A DNA stretch of 64,000 nucleotides from positions 520,788 to 584,787 of the forward strand of contig CP064989.1 of NCBI GenBank assembly GCA_016699875.1, read 5' to 3'. The notes beneath the pieces were generated by a model. That model did not search any database and was not told where the DNA came from. It worked only from the letters and a program-made list of their open reading frames with translations. Shown here in pieces: positions 17,924 to 28,923 of this stretch. Source of the DNA: Candidatus Moraniibacteriota bacterium (GTDB taxonomy: Bacteria; Patescibacteriota; Minisyncoccia; Moranbacterales; UBA1568). Positions within the stretch are counted from its first letter, which is position 1. Each line of letters opens with the position of its first letter. The position numbers and the translations under genes were made by a program.

Positions 17924-20812
17924 CTACCCCTGGCATGCTTCGCAATCAGGGTCGGCAATCAAACACAGTTTCGGAGCAGATCCGGACAATGTGCTTCCCT
18001 CCGAAGCAGAGCTGCTCTCTCGAACCGGAAGCGAAGCGGGGGGCACATCCGGAGCCGACGAAAGAGGAGGTGCGGTTGGAACAGCAAAAGAGGCTGCCGT
18101 TGGAGAAACACTGCTCTTGGCTCGATTGTGCGTTGAACCAAATTCCGTAGTTGATACCGTAGACTTCTCCACCTGGGACGCACCGAGCGTCCGAAGATAA
18201 TAGGTTGTTTTGAGTCCAAGTTCCCAAGCACGAAAATAGATATCGGAAAGCTCACGACCGGATGCATTACGGAAGAAAATATTGAGAGATTGCGACTGAT
18301 CAATCCACTTCCCGCGCCGAGCCGCCGCCTCCACGAGCCATGATGAGTGAATTTCGAACACTTCTTTATACTTCGCCTTCAGCGTCGCCGGGATACCCGG
18401 TATCTCTTGTATGCTCCCATCATGATACTTCAGCTGATTGAGCATATCGCGATTCCAGAGTCCGAGTTTCTTAAGGTCATTGACCAGATGCTTGTTGACT
18501 ACCACAAAATCGCCCTCTTTGTTCGACTTCACGTAAATATTCTTGTAAATCGGCTCCATACACGGAATACACCCGACAAGATTCGCCGTACTCGCTGTCG
18601 GTGCGATCGCGAGCACATTCGAATTTCGCATACCAAATTTTCGTATATGCTCCCGCACAGGCGTCCAGTCAAGCTTCCCTGTTCGCACCAGCGGAATTTT
18701 CTCGCCACGTTCCACCTCGAGAATATCGATCGTATCCTGAGGCAGAATGTTCCGACTCCATTTCGAACCCTTGAAACTTGCATACATCCCCCGTTCTCGT
18801 GCCAATTCCGATGACGCCAGAATCGCATAGTACGACACCATCTCCATAGATTCATCCGCAAACTCCACCGCCTCCTTGGAATCAAAGTTGATGTCGAGAA
18901 GATAGAGTGCATCGTGATAGCCTCGGATACCGAGCCCGAGTGGCCGATGCCGCATATTTGAACGGCGTGCCTCAGGAATCGGATAGTAGTTTACATCGAT
19001 AACATTATCGAGCATCCGCACCGCAATACGAGTCACCTTCTCGATACGATCTCTATCGAATACACCGTTTACTACAAACTTTGCGAAATTGAGCGATCCC
19101 AAATTGCATACTGCTGTCTCTTCCGGCGACGTATTGAGTGTAATTTCCGTACAGAGATTCGAAGAATGCACCACTCCCACATGATCCTGCGGCGACCGGA
19201 GATTGGACGGGTCTTTCCAAGTGATCCACGGATGCCCGGTTTCAAAGAGCATTGTCAGCATTTTCTTCCAAAGATCTTTCGCTACTACCCGTCTCCAGAG
19301 TTTCATTCCGCCTTGCTCTGCGCGCCGTTCATATTCATGATAGCGCTTCTCGAACTCAGCGCCGTACAGCTCATGCAAATCCGGCGTTTCATCCGGCGAG
19401 AAGAGCGTCCATTCGCCATTGTCACGCACCCGCTTCATAAAGAGATCCGGAATCCAATTCGCCGTGTCGATATCATGCGTACGCCGGCGCTCATCTCCCG
19501 TATTCTTACGAAGCTCGAGGAAATCTTCGATATCGTAGTGCCAGGTTTCCAGATAGACGCACCCGGCGCCACGGCGCTTCCCGCTCCGGTTTATAGATAC
19601 ATTGACATCATTGGCTATTTTCAAGAACGGCACGACACCCTGGCTCCCAACGCCCGTGCCTTTAATAAACGACCCCGTTGCGCGAACCGGCGTCCACGAC
19701 GATCCGGTGCCGCCACTCCACTTGAGAAGCTGCGCGTTGTCGGAATAGGTCTTAAATATCAAATCGAGCGAGTCCGGCACCACATTCAGAAAGCAGTTCG
19801 AGAGCTGAGCCTTCACCATACCCGCCTGAAACAGCGTTCGCCCGCCCGGCGTATAAAGAAACTCCGAAAGCGCCCAATAGAAATCTTTCGCCACATCATC
19901 CCGCTTTGACTCCGGCTCGGGCAGGCTCGTTCCCAGAGCGATGCGCATCCAGAACATTTGCGGCGTCTCCAGCGGCAACTTCGTCTCCGGATCCTCCAGA
20001 AGATACCGCGAAGACAGAATCTCGAGCCCCATATATTCGAAGAGCTGGTCATTCTCAAGCACAAAGAGGTTGGAAAGCTTCTCCAAGTCGAAACCGAGCA
20101 TCCGAGGATCAAACATCCCTTTCTTCACGCCCCAGAGAATATTCCGTTGAAAAGCCTGTTTGTGACGCTCCAAAAGAGTCTCCCGAGTAACGTCAGCACC
20201 CAGAACTTCTCGATACAGCCGATCCAAGAGCAAATTCGCCGCAAGCTTCGAATACGACGGGTCCTGCTCGATCATTGATCGCACAATCATTGTCAGAACA
20301 CGCGCCACATCTTTCGTGGAGATACCATCGTAAACTTCGAGACGACACTGACGAAGAATGGCCTCGACATCGATATCCTTTTCTATGCCAACCATGTGAT
20401 ACCCGAGTGTCCGGCGGATCTTATCCAGAGAGAAAACCTCCTTTTTCCCAGAGCGTTTTGTGACAGAGAGCTCATGCTGCTCGATTTTTCGCGCAATTTC
20501 CTGTTTACGCTCTTCGCGAATCTTCGCGTGTTCGTATCGGTAAATGATATATGCTTTGGCAACATCGAAAAGCCCTTCCAGCATCAGTTCTTTCTCAGCG
20601 AAATCCTGCACATGTTCAACCGACGGCACTGCTCGAGGAAACGCCTGGAGAAGTTTCGAAGCGACCGTTTCGGAAAGCGTTCGTATAAAGGCATCGTCAC
20701 TTTCGCCCCTTACTTCTGTGAAGGCGCTCTTCAAGGCGCGCTCTATTTTACTCACATCGAAATCAACGATATCTCCGTTCCGTTTCTTTATTTTTTGTGC
20801 CGTTTCGGTCAT
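17924..20812 (-). CDS. nrdA: Ribonucleotide reductase class Ia large (alpha) subunit with N-terminal ATP-cone
   Basis: ATP-cone at N-terminus, catalytic barrel motifs (SNLCTEI, PTASTANL), C-terminal redox Cys pair CLIADPDCEAC; start at MTETAQK. Confidence 0.92.
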   Translation of the reverse strand: MTETAQKIKKRNGDIVDFDVSKIERALKSAFTEVRGESDDAFIRTLSETVASKLLQAFPRAVPSVEHVQDFAEKELMLEGLFDVAKAYIIYRYEHAKIREERKQEIARKIEQHELSVTKRSGKKEVFSLDKIRRTLGYHMVGIEKDIDVEAILRQCRLEVYDGISTKDVARVLTMIVRSMIEQDPSYSKLAANLLLDRLYREVLGADVTRETLLERHKQAFQRNILWGVKKGMFDPRMLGFDLEKLSNLFVLENDQLFEYMGLEILSSRYLLEDPETKLPLETPQMFWMRIALGTSLPEPESKRDDVAKDFYWALSEFLYTPGGRTLFQAGMVKAQLSNCFLNVVPDSLDLIFKTYSDNAQLLKWSGGTGSSWTPVRATGSFIKGTGVGSQGVVPFLKIANDVNVSINRSGKRRGAGCVYLETWHYDIEDFLELRKNTGDERRRTHDIDTANWIPDLFMKRVRDNGEWTLFSPDETPDLHELYGAEFEKRYHEYERRAEQGGMKLWRRVVAKDLWKKMLTMLFETGHPWITWKDPSNLRSPQDHVGVVHSSNLCTEITLNTSPEETAVCNLGSLNFAKFVVNGVFDRDRIEKVTRIAVRMLDNVIDVNYYPIPEARRSNMRHRPLGLGIRGYHDALYLLDINFDSKEAVEFADESMEMVSYYAILASSELARERGMYASFKGSKWSRNILPQDTIDILEVERGEKIPLVRTGKLDWTPVREHIRKFGMRNSNVLAIAPTASTANLVGCIPCMEPIYKNIYVKSNKEGDFVVVNKHLVNDLKKLGLWNRDMLNQLKYHDGSIQEIPGIPATLKAKYKEVFEIHSSWLVEAAARRGKWIDQSQSLNIFFRNASGRELSDIYFRAWELGLKTTYYLRTLGASQVEKSTVSTTEFGSTHNRAKSSVSPTAASFAVPTAPPLSSAPDVPPASLPVRESSSASEGSTLSGSAPKLCLIADPDCEACQG

Positions 20813-20904
20813 ATTGAAGGGCAAGAAAGACACGGGCCGCCCCAATCCGCGCCCTTCTCGCAAGAGAAAATTAGTTTTCTGTTAACCCCCGACAGCTCCT
20901 GCCT

Positions 20905-21477
20905 CTACTGAAAACGACGCTCGACAACGCTCCAGTCAATCGAGCGAAAAAATGTATCAATATAGTCCGCACGTTTCAATCCGTAGTCCAACATGAAAGC
21001 ATGCTCAAACACATCCATCACCAAAATAGGCACTGCCCCCGCAAGATGCCCCGCATCATGTTCATTGATCCATACATTGAAAAGCTTTCCACTCTCCACA
21101 TCCTTTGCCAAAATGACCCAGCCAATCCCCCGCATCGCCCCGACAGCACGGAAATCTTTCTCCCACGCCTCAACACTGCCAAATGACTGCGCCAATGCGC
21201 CGGAAACACCACTCTCATCATGAACGAGTGGTGTACTATTCCTGGTCAAACCGCCAAAATAGAGCTCATGGAGTCGCATGCCATTCCACTCCCAACCAAA
21301 GCGCCGCTTCAACTCCGCATATTCCGGCGTCCCCATTTCCTTCGAAGACAGAAGTTCCGCAACCGCATTCGTATTCTTCACATACCCTTCGTACAACGTG
21401 AAATGATTCGAGAGAAGCGCATCACTCATCCCTTCCATCCCGAGAAGATGCGTGAAATCTTTTGGAGCGTATGGCAT
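20905..21477 (-). CDS. sodA: Fe/Mn superoxide dismutase
   Basis: Metal ligand motifs incl. DVFEHAFMLDY (DVWEHAYY consensus), 190 aa. Confidence 0.9.
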   Translation of the reverse strand: MPYAPKDFTHLLGMEGMSDALLSNHFTLYEGYVKNTNAVAELLSSKEMGTPEYAELKRRFGWEWNGMRLHELYFGGLTRNSTPLVHDESGVSGALAQSFGSVEAWEKDFRAVGAMRGIGWVILAKDVESGKLFNVWINEHDAGHLAGAVPILVMDVFEHAFMLDYGLKRADYIDTFFRSIDWSVVERRFQ

Positions 21478-21561
21478 AGATATTTTTCTTTTTTTGAATT
21501 ATTTGCAAACACGCCTCATCGCGCATGTTGATTTTCGACCACAAAACGCACCATCGCAAGT

Positions 21562-22221
21562 CTATATCTTCCCCACCAAATCAAGTCCTGGCTTCAGCGT
21601 CTTCGCGCCTGGTTTCCAGTTGGCAGGACATACCTCGCCGCCATGCTCGCGAACAAACTGTGCCGCGCGAAGCTTTCGCAGGATTTCCTCAGCAGAGCGT
21701 CCGATATTGTTTGAGTTTACCTCATATGACTGCAAGACACCGTCCGGATCAACGATGAACGTCCCGCGACGAGCATTTCCTTCTTCCTCGATATAAACGC
21801 CGAATTCCATCGTTAATTCCGCCGTTCGGTCGGCAATCATCGGAAATTGCACCTTCTCGATCGCTTTGGAGTGATCATGCCATGCCTTGTGTGTATATAC
21901 GGTGTCCGTACTTACCCCAAACACTTCCGTATCAAGTTTCTGAAATTCTTCATAGTGATCCGCCAAGTCCTCCAGCTCGGTCGGGCAGACAAATGTGAAA
22001 TCTGCCGGATAGAAGAACAAAACCACCCACTTCCCGAGAAAGTCCGAGAGCTTACTTTCCACAATCTTATCTTTGTGGTAGAGTGTTAAGTCGAAATCGG
22101 GAACCTTTTCGCCGATCTCAACGCCACATCCGTACTCATACGCCGAGTCTTCCTCGCAGCCACACAGTCCGCCACCGCAACACCCGTCTTTCTCATCATC
22201 GTATTCTTTGCTCATACACAT
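21562..22221 (-). CDS. 2-Cys peroxiredoxin (AhpC/Prx1 type) with Cys-rich N-terminal extension
   Basis: FFYPADFTFVCPTE peroxidatic Cys motif, resolving Cys in EVCPANW; extra N-terminal 30 aa contains six Cys (GCCGGGLCGC...GCG). Confidence 0.88.
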   Translation of the reverse strand: MCMSKEYDDEKDGCCGGGLCGCEEDSAYEYGCGVEIGEKVPDFDLTLYHKDKIVESKLSDFLGKWVVLFFYPADFTFVCPTELEDLADHYEEFQKLDTEVFGVSTDTVYTHKAWHDHSKAIEKVQFPMIADRTAELTMEFGVYIEEEGNARRGTFIVDPDGVLQSYEVNSNNIGRSAEEILRKLRAAQFVREHGGEVCPANWKPGAKTLKPGLDLVGKI

Positions 22222-22341
22222 TTCGGTTAAGTGAATAAAAAAGAGAAACCTCTCAAAATTTCGAAAAAATCGCCTGTCGTTTATTCATACTACGTGCCCA
22301 TTTTTTCACTGTCAACTCTTCGCTTTTTAGCGCAAATTGTC

Positions 22342-23349
22342 ATGGACGTTTCACACGAAAATCGGTATACCGTAACCCCTTCCATGGCGGATTTCGGGAA
22401 GCGTATCGATGTATTTTTGGCTCAGTCAAAACACTTCGAGGACATTGTCGGAAAAAAACTAAGCCGAGCGCACATATCGCGCGGCATACGAAACGGCGGG
22501 GTTCTCGCAGATGCTTCGCGCGTAAAGCCTCACACGAAACTTCTCGCCACAGAGTGTCTCACCGTATTTTCCGACAAATTCACGTCATTTCCCGATAAAT
22601 TCGAACGTCAGCACAAAACGTTGGTCCCCGAACCAAGCGTTCCCATTGATATTATCCGGGAAACATCGGATTTCGTAATTATAAACAAGCCTGCCGGCAT
22701 ACAAGTACACCCATCAAGCACCTCGGAGTCCGGCACCGTTGCAAATTGGATCCTCGCTCACTATCCGGAAATAGCGACTATCGGAGAACCAATGCGCCCG
22801 GGCATTGTTCATCGGCTCGATCGCAATACGAGCGGCCTCCTCATTATTGCCCGCACACAGAAGTCATTCGCCGCTCTCAAAAAACTCTTCCAAAACCGTT
22901 CGATACACAAAAGCTATCTCGCCATAGTATATGGCGTCCCGCACAAGCAAGCAGGAAGCATAACAACGCCCATTGCTCGCTCAACCCGTGGCGATCGCCA
23001 GAGCGCCGCACTCCCCGGACGCCGTGTCAAAGGTGTCGCTCGCCCCGCAGAAACCAGCTACCGCATCCTCGAGACTTTCGGCAGCGTATCCCTGATCGAA
23101 GCAACGCCAAAAACCGGCCGCACGCACCAAATACGAGTACACCTTTCTTCTATCGGTCATCCCGTAATCGGCGACTGTCTCTACGCTTCGCGTTCATCGC
23201 GCACCATTGCGCCGCTTCCCGAACGCCACCTCCTCCACGCAGCACAGCTTTCTTTTCGGCTATTTGAACAAGACTACTCTTTCTCAGCGCCCATACCAGA
23301 CGATTTCTCCAACTGGCAGGAGCTTTACAAATCAGAGAAAGTGCGGTAA
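22342..23349 (+). CDS. RluA-family pseudouridine synthase (RluD/RluC-like, with S4 domain)
   Basis: Catalytic motif HRLDRNTSGLLIIAR, S4-like N-terminus; start at MDVSHE. Confidence 0.85.
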   Translation: MDVSHENRYTVTPSMADFGKRIDVFLAQSKHFEDIVGKKLSRAHISRGIRNGGVLADASRVKPHTKLLATECLTVFSDKFTSFPDKFERQHKTLVPEPSVPIDIIRETSDFVIINKPAGIQVHPSSTSESGTVANWILAHYPEIATIGEPMRPGIVHRLDRNTSGLLIIARTQKSFAALKKLFQNRSIHKSYLAIVYGVPHKQAGSITTPIARSTRGDRQSAALPGRRVKGVARPAETSYRILETFGSVSLIEATPKTGRTHQIRVHLSSIGHPVIGDCLYASRSSRTIAPLPERHLLHAAQLSFRLFEQDYSFSAPIPDDFSNWQELYKSEKVR

Positions 23350-23450
23350 CATTTGGAGACAGAAGAGGACAGATGTCCTTTTTTTCATGTACTCGCGCAT
23401 CTTAATCATTATTGCGGACGATTTGCGCACGCCGCACACCAGAAAAGTCT

Positions 23451-24812
23451 ATGGCTACAAAGAAAACACTCAGCTCTCTCCTCGATGAAACACTCGCTCT
23501 TCACAAGAAGGCGGGGAGCCCTGAAACAGCAGACAACATAAAGCAAGAGCCTGAAGAGTCCGCCCCGAAAAAGAAAGCTCCGGCAAAGAAACCGGCTACT
23601 GCCGAAAAAACCACGAAGAAATCGACAAAAACAAGCGAGAAGTCACCGGAAGAAACAGTGGCAACTCGCAAGAGTGCCAAGAAATCAAGCGAAAAGACCG
23701 CAAAGACTGAGCCTGAAGAAATAATCGATGACTCCGAAATGGGCCGATTGATTGCGGAACACCCCTTTGAAGTACCAAAAGTAGGCGATATTCTCCAAGG
23801 AACCATTATTGAAGTGGGCTCCAATTTCGCCTTGGTTGACCTCGGGCCACTAGGAACCGGCACCGTGCTCGGCAAAGAAATGCGAGACGGACTCGCCGGC
23901 GGCGTCAAAGTGAAGAAAGGTGACACGGTAAGCGCCACGCTTATCGATCTCGAAAATGACGAGGGCTCCATCGAACTCTCTATCCGTGAAGCTTCCTACG
24001 ACAAATCTTGGGAAGATATCCAGATGAAGCTCGAAAATAAAGAGGTTGTCCCCACCAAGATACTCGAAGCAAACAAGGGCGGTCTCATGATCGAAGTAAA
24101 TGGCGTACCCGGATTCCTTCCGGTTTCCCAGCTGGGAAGCGAGCACTACCCGCGCGTCGAAGACGGAGACAAAAACAAGATTCTCGAACTCCTCAAGAGA
24201 CTCATCGGACAAGAGCTCAATGTCCGTATCCTTGACGCCGATCGCATCAATGAGAAACTCATCGTAAGTGAAAAGGCCGCCCGAAGCGAGAAAGAGCGCG
24301 CTGCCATTTCTTCTCTCAAAGTCGGCGATACGGTGTCCGGCGAAGTAAGCGGCGTTGTTGATTTCGGCGCATTCGTCAAATTTCCTATTCCGGACAATGA
24401 AAAAGAGCGTGTCGAGGGTTTGGTACATATTTCCGAGCTCGCCTGGCAACTCATCGACGATCCGCGAACCGTAGTTCGAACCGGCGATCAGGTCAGTGTC
24501 AAGGTGATCGGCATCGAAGACACGCGCATTTCCCTCTCTATGAAGGCGCTCAAAGACGACCCCTGGGCAAATGTCACTGAGAAATATTCTGTCGGAGACA
24601 CCGTGGAAGGGAAAGTCGACAAAATTAACCATTTCGGCGCATTCGTCTACCTCGACAAGGATATTCATGGACTCGCCTACGTGAGCGAATTCCAGAATCT
24701 CTACCCGGGCCGAAAAATGGAAGAGGTCTTTCAAGTCGGAGGGAACTACAAATGGAAAATCCTCTCCATGGAACCGAAGAGTCACCGCATGGGACTCCTC
24801 CCCGTGAAATAG
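23451..24812 (+). CDS. rpsA: 30S ribosomal protein S1-like (Lys/Ala-rich N-terminal tail plus four S1 domains)
   Basis: Repeated S1 OB-fold signatures (GxV.G.V...FGAFV); N-terminal KKxPAKK low-complexity region. Confidence 0.8.
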   Translation: MATKKTLSSLLDETLALHKKAGSPETADNIKQEPEESAPKKKAPAKKPATAEKTTKKSTKTSEKSPEETVATRKSAKKSSEKTAKTEPEEIIDDSEMGRLIAEHPFEVPKVGDILQGTIIEVGSNFALVDLGPLGTGTVLGKEMRDGLAGGVKVKKGDTVSATLIDLENDEGSIELSIREASYDKSWEDIQMKLENKEVVPTKILEANKGGLMIEVNGVPGFLPVSQLGSEHYPRVEDGDKNKILELLKRLIGQELNVRILDADRINEKLIVSEKAARSEKERAAISSLKVGDTVSGEVSGVVDFGAFVKFPIPDNEKERVEGLVHISELAWQLIDDPRTVVRTGDQVSVKVIGIEDTRISLSMKALKDDPWANVTEKYSVGDTVEGKVDKINHFGAFVYLDKDIHGLAYVSEFQNLYPGRKMEEVFQVGGNYKWKILSMEPKSHRMGLLPVK

Positions 24813-24847
24813 CCCTTTCAGCTTCTCAGAGAGAAAGACTTTGCAGA

Positions 24848-24878
24848 AAAACTCCGCCTCAAAGCGGAGTTTTTCTCT
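24848..24878 (+). terminator. Intrinsic terminator after rpsA
   Basis: ctccgc-ctcaaa-gcggag hairpin followed by tttttctctt. Confidence 0.6.
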
Positions 24879-24981
24879 TATTCGAAAATGTTCGAAAATC
24901 CTTGGTTTTTTACTTCTAAAAATCAGGAAAACAAACATCTCTCAGTAGGAGTTTTTCATTTCCATCCTCGTTAACTCCACT

Positions 24982-25479
24982 CTAAATCAAAAACAGCTTC
25001 TTATTCTCGGAGAGATTGATAAAATCATCAAGCTGCTCGATAAGCTTAGCACTCGCCGATTCTTTAAACGCCATACCCTCAACGCGACATCCGGTCGTTG
25101 ACTGAATATACTCCACAAGCGGGATATAATCACCATCGCCCGAAACCAGAATAATCACATCGAGGTTTCGTGCCATTTTTACTGCATCCATCGCAATACC
25201 TACATCCCAATCACCTTTCTTCGAGCCATCGGGAAAGATTTGCAAATCCTTCGTTTTTACCTCAAAACCGGACTTTTCCAGCGCTTCGAAGAACTTGTCC
25301 TCCATTCCTTCGACCGTCTTAATCCCATACGCAATCGCCCGAATAAGCTTCCGATCCGCTGTCCCCGCAAGCAGCACATTCCTAAAACTCACCTTCTTAC
25401 TGAAAAGAATGCGCGCGCTGTAATACATATTTTGCACGTCAACTAGCATGCCGACGCGCTGTTCTTTAAATTTCGCCAT
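24982..25479 (-). CDS. NYN-domain (LabA-like) protein
   Basis: GMLVDVQNMYYSAR...DVIILVSGDGDY: NYN/PIN-like ribonuclease fold signature. Confidence 0.75.
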   Translation of the reverse strand: MAKFKEQRVGMLVDVQNMYYSARILFSKKVSFRNVLLAGTADRKLIRAIAYGIKTVEGMEDKFFEALEKSGFEVKTKDLQIFPDGSKKGDWDVGIAMDAVKMARNLDVIILVSGDGDYIPLVEYIQSTTGCRVEGMAFKESASAKLIEQLDDFINLSENKKLFLI

Positions 25480-25499
25480 AATAAACACCACTAAAGAAA

Positions 25500-25530
25500 A
25501 ACCAAACCCGCACCCGTTCTCAGGGTGCGG
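25500..25530 (-). terminator. Intrinsic terminator after rpsO
   Basis: ccgcaccc-tgagaac-gggtgcgg hairpin followed by gtttggtttttcttt on minus strand. Confidence 0.6.
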
Positions 25531-25539
25531 AAGAAAAAC

Positions 25540-25803
25540 CTAGGCGAGTTTGAGCTTCTTGGCAATCGACTTCGCAGATTTCTCATCGGTTTTCTGGAGA
25601 TATCCCATCAATCGCTTCCGCTTCGACACCATTTTGAGCAGTCCGCGACGAGAATGAAAGTCTTTCTTATTCTTCTTGAGGTGATCGGTCAACTTCTTGA
25701 TCCGCTCGGTAAACATCGCGATCTGATACTCCGGCGACCCTGTGTCCTTCTCATGCCGCTTCACATCCTTCGTCGCCTTTACCTTCTGCTTCGTCGTCAA
25801 CAT
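25540..25803 (-). CDS. rpsO: 30S ribosomal protein S15
   Basis: MLTTKQKVKATKDVKRHEKDTGSPEYQIAMFTERIKKLTDHLKKNKKDFHSRRGLL: near-canonical S15. Confidence 0.92.
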   Translation of the reverse strand: MLTTKQKVKATKDVKRHEKDTGSPEYQIAMFTERIKKLTDHLKKNKKDFHSRRGLLKMVSKRKRLMGYLQKTDEKSAKSIAKKLKLA

Positions 25804-26062
25804 AGCTCTTTCGTACGGCATCGGACTCGTTCTTTTACAAGAAACAAACCAATCCGAGCTCGTCCCCTAATAAATTATGATGAAAGCTTATCACAGAAGC
25901 ATTTTTTACGCAAATTAAAAACCAAGCATCCATGCCTGGCTTTCTTTATTGAATATGAAGAAGTCTATTGCGCGCGTCACACCAGAAGATCGACCCCCCA
26001 TCAAACTTACAAGCGCCTCTGGTTTACCTTCACAGAGCATGACTCTGTAATATCAACAACGC

Positions 26063-26248
26063 TCAAATAAACTCAAAATTCCTTGCTACAGCTAGCGCCA
26101 TCTTCTTCATGTTATCAATCTCCGCTTTCGTTGCTCCTCTTTGAATGTTTTGTAACTTCGTTGCTCCCAAAAACTTTCCATTCTCATCCATCGCCACCGC
26201 ATTGATTTGACCAAGGCATTCGGCTTCCGGATTGATGTAGAAATTCAT
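26063..26248 (-). CDS. Hypothetical 61-aa protein
   Basis: Short ORF with protein-like composition; no motif recognised. Confidence 0.3.
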   Translation of the reverse strand: MNFYINPEAECLGQINAVAMDENGKFLGATKLQNIQRGATKAEIDNMKKMALAVARNFEFI

Positions 26249-26390
26249 GACACCATACCCTCACTAGGTTGAAAATTCGGACAACATTTCATCTTTGCCT
26301 CTTCACTCCTCAAGCACAAAACACATAAAAACAACATCGCCCAAGGTTCTGGACACGTAAAGTATAAAATGTTCAATTATTTATGTCAAC

Positions 26391-28856
26391 CTACAACACC
26401 GTGAACGATGCTACTCCATCGCCGGATTGCGGACGCATAACGCGGACACCTTGGGTGACGCGGGAGAGAAGCGGGACACTTTTCAAAGGAATGCGGATGA
26501 TTGTGCCCTTTCTCGAGGTCGCCATGAGGTCGCATTCGGAAATATCATCCTTATGTACCACCTCCGCACCGACAAGCTTGCCAATTTTCGGCGTCACTTT
26601 AGCGGTTTTCATACCGCTTCCGCCGCGATGCTGGAGCTTGTAGTGCTTGAGATCCGTGCGCTTCCCAAAGCCACTCCCCGAAAGAATGATGAGTTCGAGA
26701 TCCTTTCCCTCCGCACGCACCACATTCATGCCGACCACCTTGTCGGACGCGGCGAGTTTGATACCGCGCACGCCGCCGGCATTTCGCCCCATCGGGCGCA
26801 CATCGCTTTCTTTAAAGCGAATCGCCTGCCCTTCGCTCGTCGTAAAGATGATATGGTCAGAACCGGTCGTTGGCGCCACCCACCCGAGCATATCTCCCTT
26901 TTCAAGGTTGATAGTAATAAGCCCGCTTCGACGCACCGTCTCATAGTCTTCAAGCTTCGTTTTCTTGATCGTGCCCTGTTCGGTTGCCATGAAGAGATAC
27001 TTGTAGTTGTCATCTTTGTTGAAGGCAATAAGCGCGGTAATGCGCTCTTCCGGCGACATTTGAAGGAAATTCACGATCGCCTGCCCCTTCGCTGTGCGCG
27101 ACGATTCGGGTATTTCATACGCTTTGGTCTGGAACACCTTGCCGGTATCGGTAAAAAACATGAGGTTGTCATGTGTCATAATGCCGAGCACCTTGGCAAT
27201 CGCATCGCCCTCATTTGTCGTTGCACCGATTACCCCCTTGCCGCCGCGCTTTTGCACGCGATACACATCCGGATTCATGCGCTTCACATAGCCATCTTGG
27301 GAAAGAGTGATGATTGCCTCCTCATTCGGAATGAGATCTTCCTGCTTAAACTCGCCGATACCCGAACGAACCACCTTCGTCTTGCGTCCATCACCATACT
27401 TCGCCTTAAGGTCAAGCAGCTCACCCTTAACCAGCTTCATCAGCTTCGTCCGACTCCCCAAGAGATCCTCAAGTTCGGCAATAAGCTTTCGCTTCTCGGC
27501 AAGCTCGTCTTCGATTTTCTTGCGTTCGAGTCCGGCAAGCGTCTGGAGCCGCATTTCGAGGATTGCATCCGTTTGCCGATCCGAAAGGCGAAAATTCTTC
27601 ATGAGGCGCGTCTTTGCTGTTTCCTTGTCCGGAGACTTCTTGATAATGGCGATCACCTCGTCTATATGATCCAGCGCCGTTTTAAGCCCCTCGAGGATAT
27701 GCGCGCGATCTTTCGCTTTCTCAAGCTCAAACCGAGTCCGCCGCGTCACCACGATCTCACGATGCGCAACGAACTGCTCGAGAATCGACTTCAGATTCAG
27801 CACCTGCGGCTCGATACCGTTTACCAGTGCCAACATGTTCATGTTGAAATTCTTCTGGAAATCCGTGAGCGAGTAGAGCTTGTTGAGCACCTTCTGCGGA
27901 AAGGCCTCTTTTTTCAGTTCAACCACGATGCGCACACCGTCTTTGTCGGATTCGTCGCGAAGATCCTTGATGCCCTGCAACTTTCCATCCTTCACCAATT
28001 CGGCGATTTTCTGTATCAGGGTCGATTTGTTGGTCAGATACGTGATTTCGGTCGCCACGATCTGGAACATACCCGCCTTCGTTTCGATAATTTCCGCCTT
28101 GGCACGCGTCGTAATTTTCCCGCGACCCGTCGCATAGGCCTCGCGTATATCTTTCGCATTGTAAATAATACCTCCCGTCGGAAAGTCCGGCCCCTTGATA
28201 AACTTCAAGAGATCTTCCGTGCTCGCTTCAGGAGTATCAATGAGGTGCGCAATACCGTCGACCAGCTCGGAAAGATTGTGCGGCGGAATATTAGTCGCCA
28301 TGCCGACGGCAATACCAACCGTGCCATTTGCAAGCAGCTGCGGCAATTTCGCCGGCAACACCACCGGCTCCTTGTGCATACCGTCAAAATTCGGGATGAA
28401 GTCCACCGTGTCTTTTTCGATATCAAAGAGCATTTCTTCGGCTATCGGGGAAAGTTTCGCCTCCGTATAACGATACGCCGCCGGAGAGTCTCCGTCCATA
28501 GAACCGAAGTTCCCCTGTCCCCACACGAGCGGATAGCGAAGAGAGAAGTCCTGCGCCATACGCACCATGGTGTCGTAAACCGCCGTATCGCCATGCGGAT
28601 GGTATTTCCCCAGCACTTCTCCGACAACCGTCGCCGATTTGCGAAATTTCGCGCTCGACTTAAGCCCCGTAGACCACATGGAGTAGAGAATGCGGCGATG
28701 CACCGGCTTCATTCCATCGCGCACATCGGGGAGTGCGCGCGACACAATCACGCTCATCGCATAATCAAGGTATGATTTCCGCACTTCGTCCGTAATCGGC
28801 TGCAGGTGAATATGATCTTCCGGCGTCATCACGCTTTCAACAGCATTTTTCTTCAT
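26391..28856 (-). CDS. gyrA: DNA gyrase subunit A
   Basis: AAMRYTE active-site Tyr motif, QRRGGKG C-terminal beta-pinwheel repeats; 821 aa. Confidence 0.95.
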   Translation of the reverse strand: MKKNAVESVMTPEDHIHLQPITDEVRKSYLDYAMSVIVSRALPDVRDGMKPVHRRILYSMWSTGLKSSAKFRKSATVVGEVLGKYHPHGDTAVYDTMVRMAQDFSLRYPLVWGQGNFGSMDGDSPAAYRYTEAKLSPIAEEMLFDIEKDTVDFIPNFDGMHKEPVVLPAKLPQLLANGTVGIAVGMATNIPPHNLSELVDGIAHLIDTPEASTEDLLKFIKGPDFPTGGIIYNAKDIREAYATGRGKITTRAKAEIIETKAGMFQIVATEITYLTNKSTLIQKIAELVKDGKLQGIKDLRDESDKDGVRIVVELKKEAFPQKVLNKLYSLTDFQKNFNMNMLALVNGIEPQVLNLKSILEQFVAHREIVVTRRTRFELEKAKDRAHILEGLKTALDHIDEVIAIIKKSPDKETAKTRLMKNFRLSDRQTDAILEMRLQTLAGLERKKIEDELAEKRKLIAELEDLLGSRTKLMKLVKGELLDLKAKYGDGRKTKVVRSGIGEFKQEDLIPNEEAIITLSQDGYVKRMNPDVYRVQKRGGKGVIGATTNEGDAIAKVLGIMTHDNLMFFTDTGKVFQTKAYEIPESSRTAKGQAIVNFLQMSPEERITALIAFNKDDNYKYLFMATEQGTIKKTKLEDYETVRRSGLITINLEKGDMLGWVAPTTGSDHIIFTTSEGQAIRFKESDVRPMGRNAGGVRGIKLAASDKVVGMNVVRAEGKDLELIILSGSGFGKRTDLKHYKLQHRGGSGMKTAKVTPKIGKLVGAEVVHKDDISECDLMATSRKGTIIRIPLKSVPLLSRVTQGVRVMRPQSGDGVASFTVL

Positions 28857-28923
28857 AAAAAGAAATCAGAATGTATAGCACGCGCGCTCTTTACCCGTAC
28901 GGATACACCTGTTATTCAATCCA

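Noticed and set aside
23850-24938. 362-aa minus-strand ORF overlapping rpsA
   Set aside because: Antisense to the S1-domain gene; Phe/Asp/Glu-rich artefact
26427-28775. 782-aa plus-strand ORF overlapping gyrA
   Set aside because: Arg/His/Leu-rich antisense artefact; gyrA on the minus strand has all diagnostic motifs
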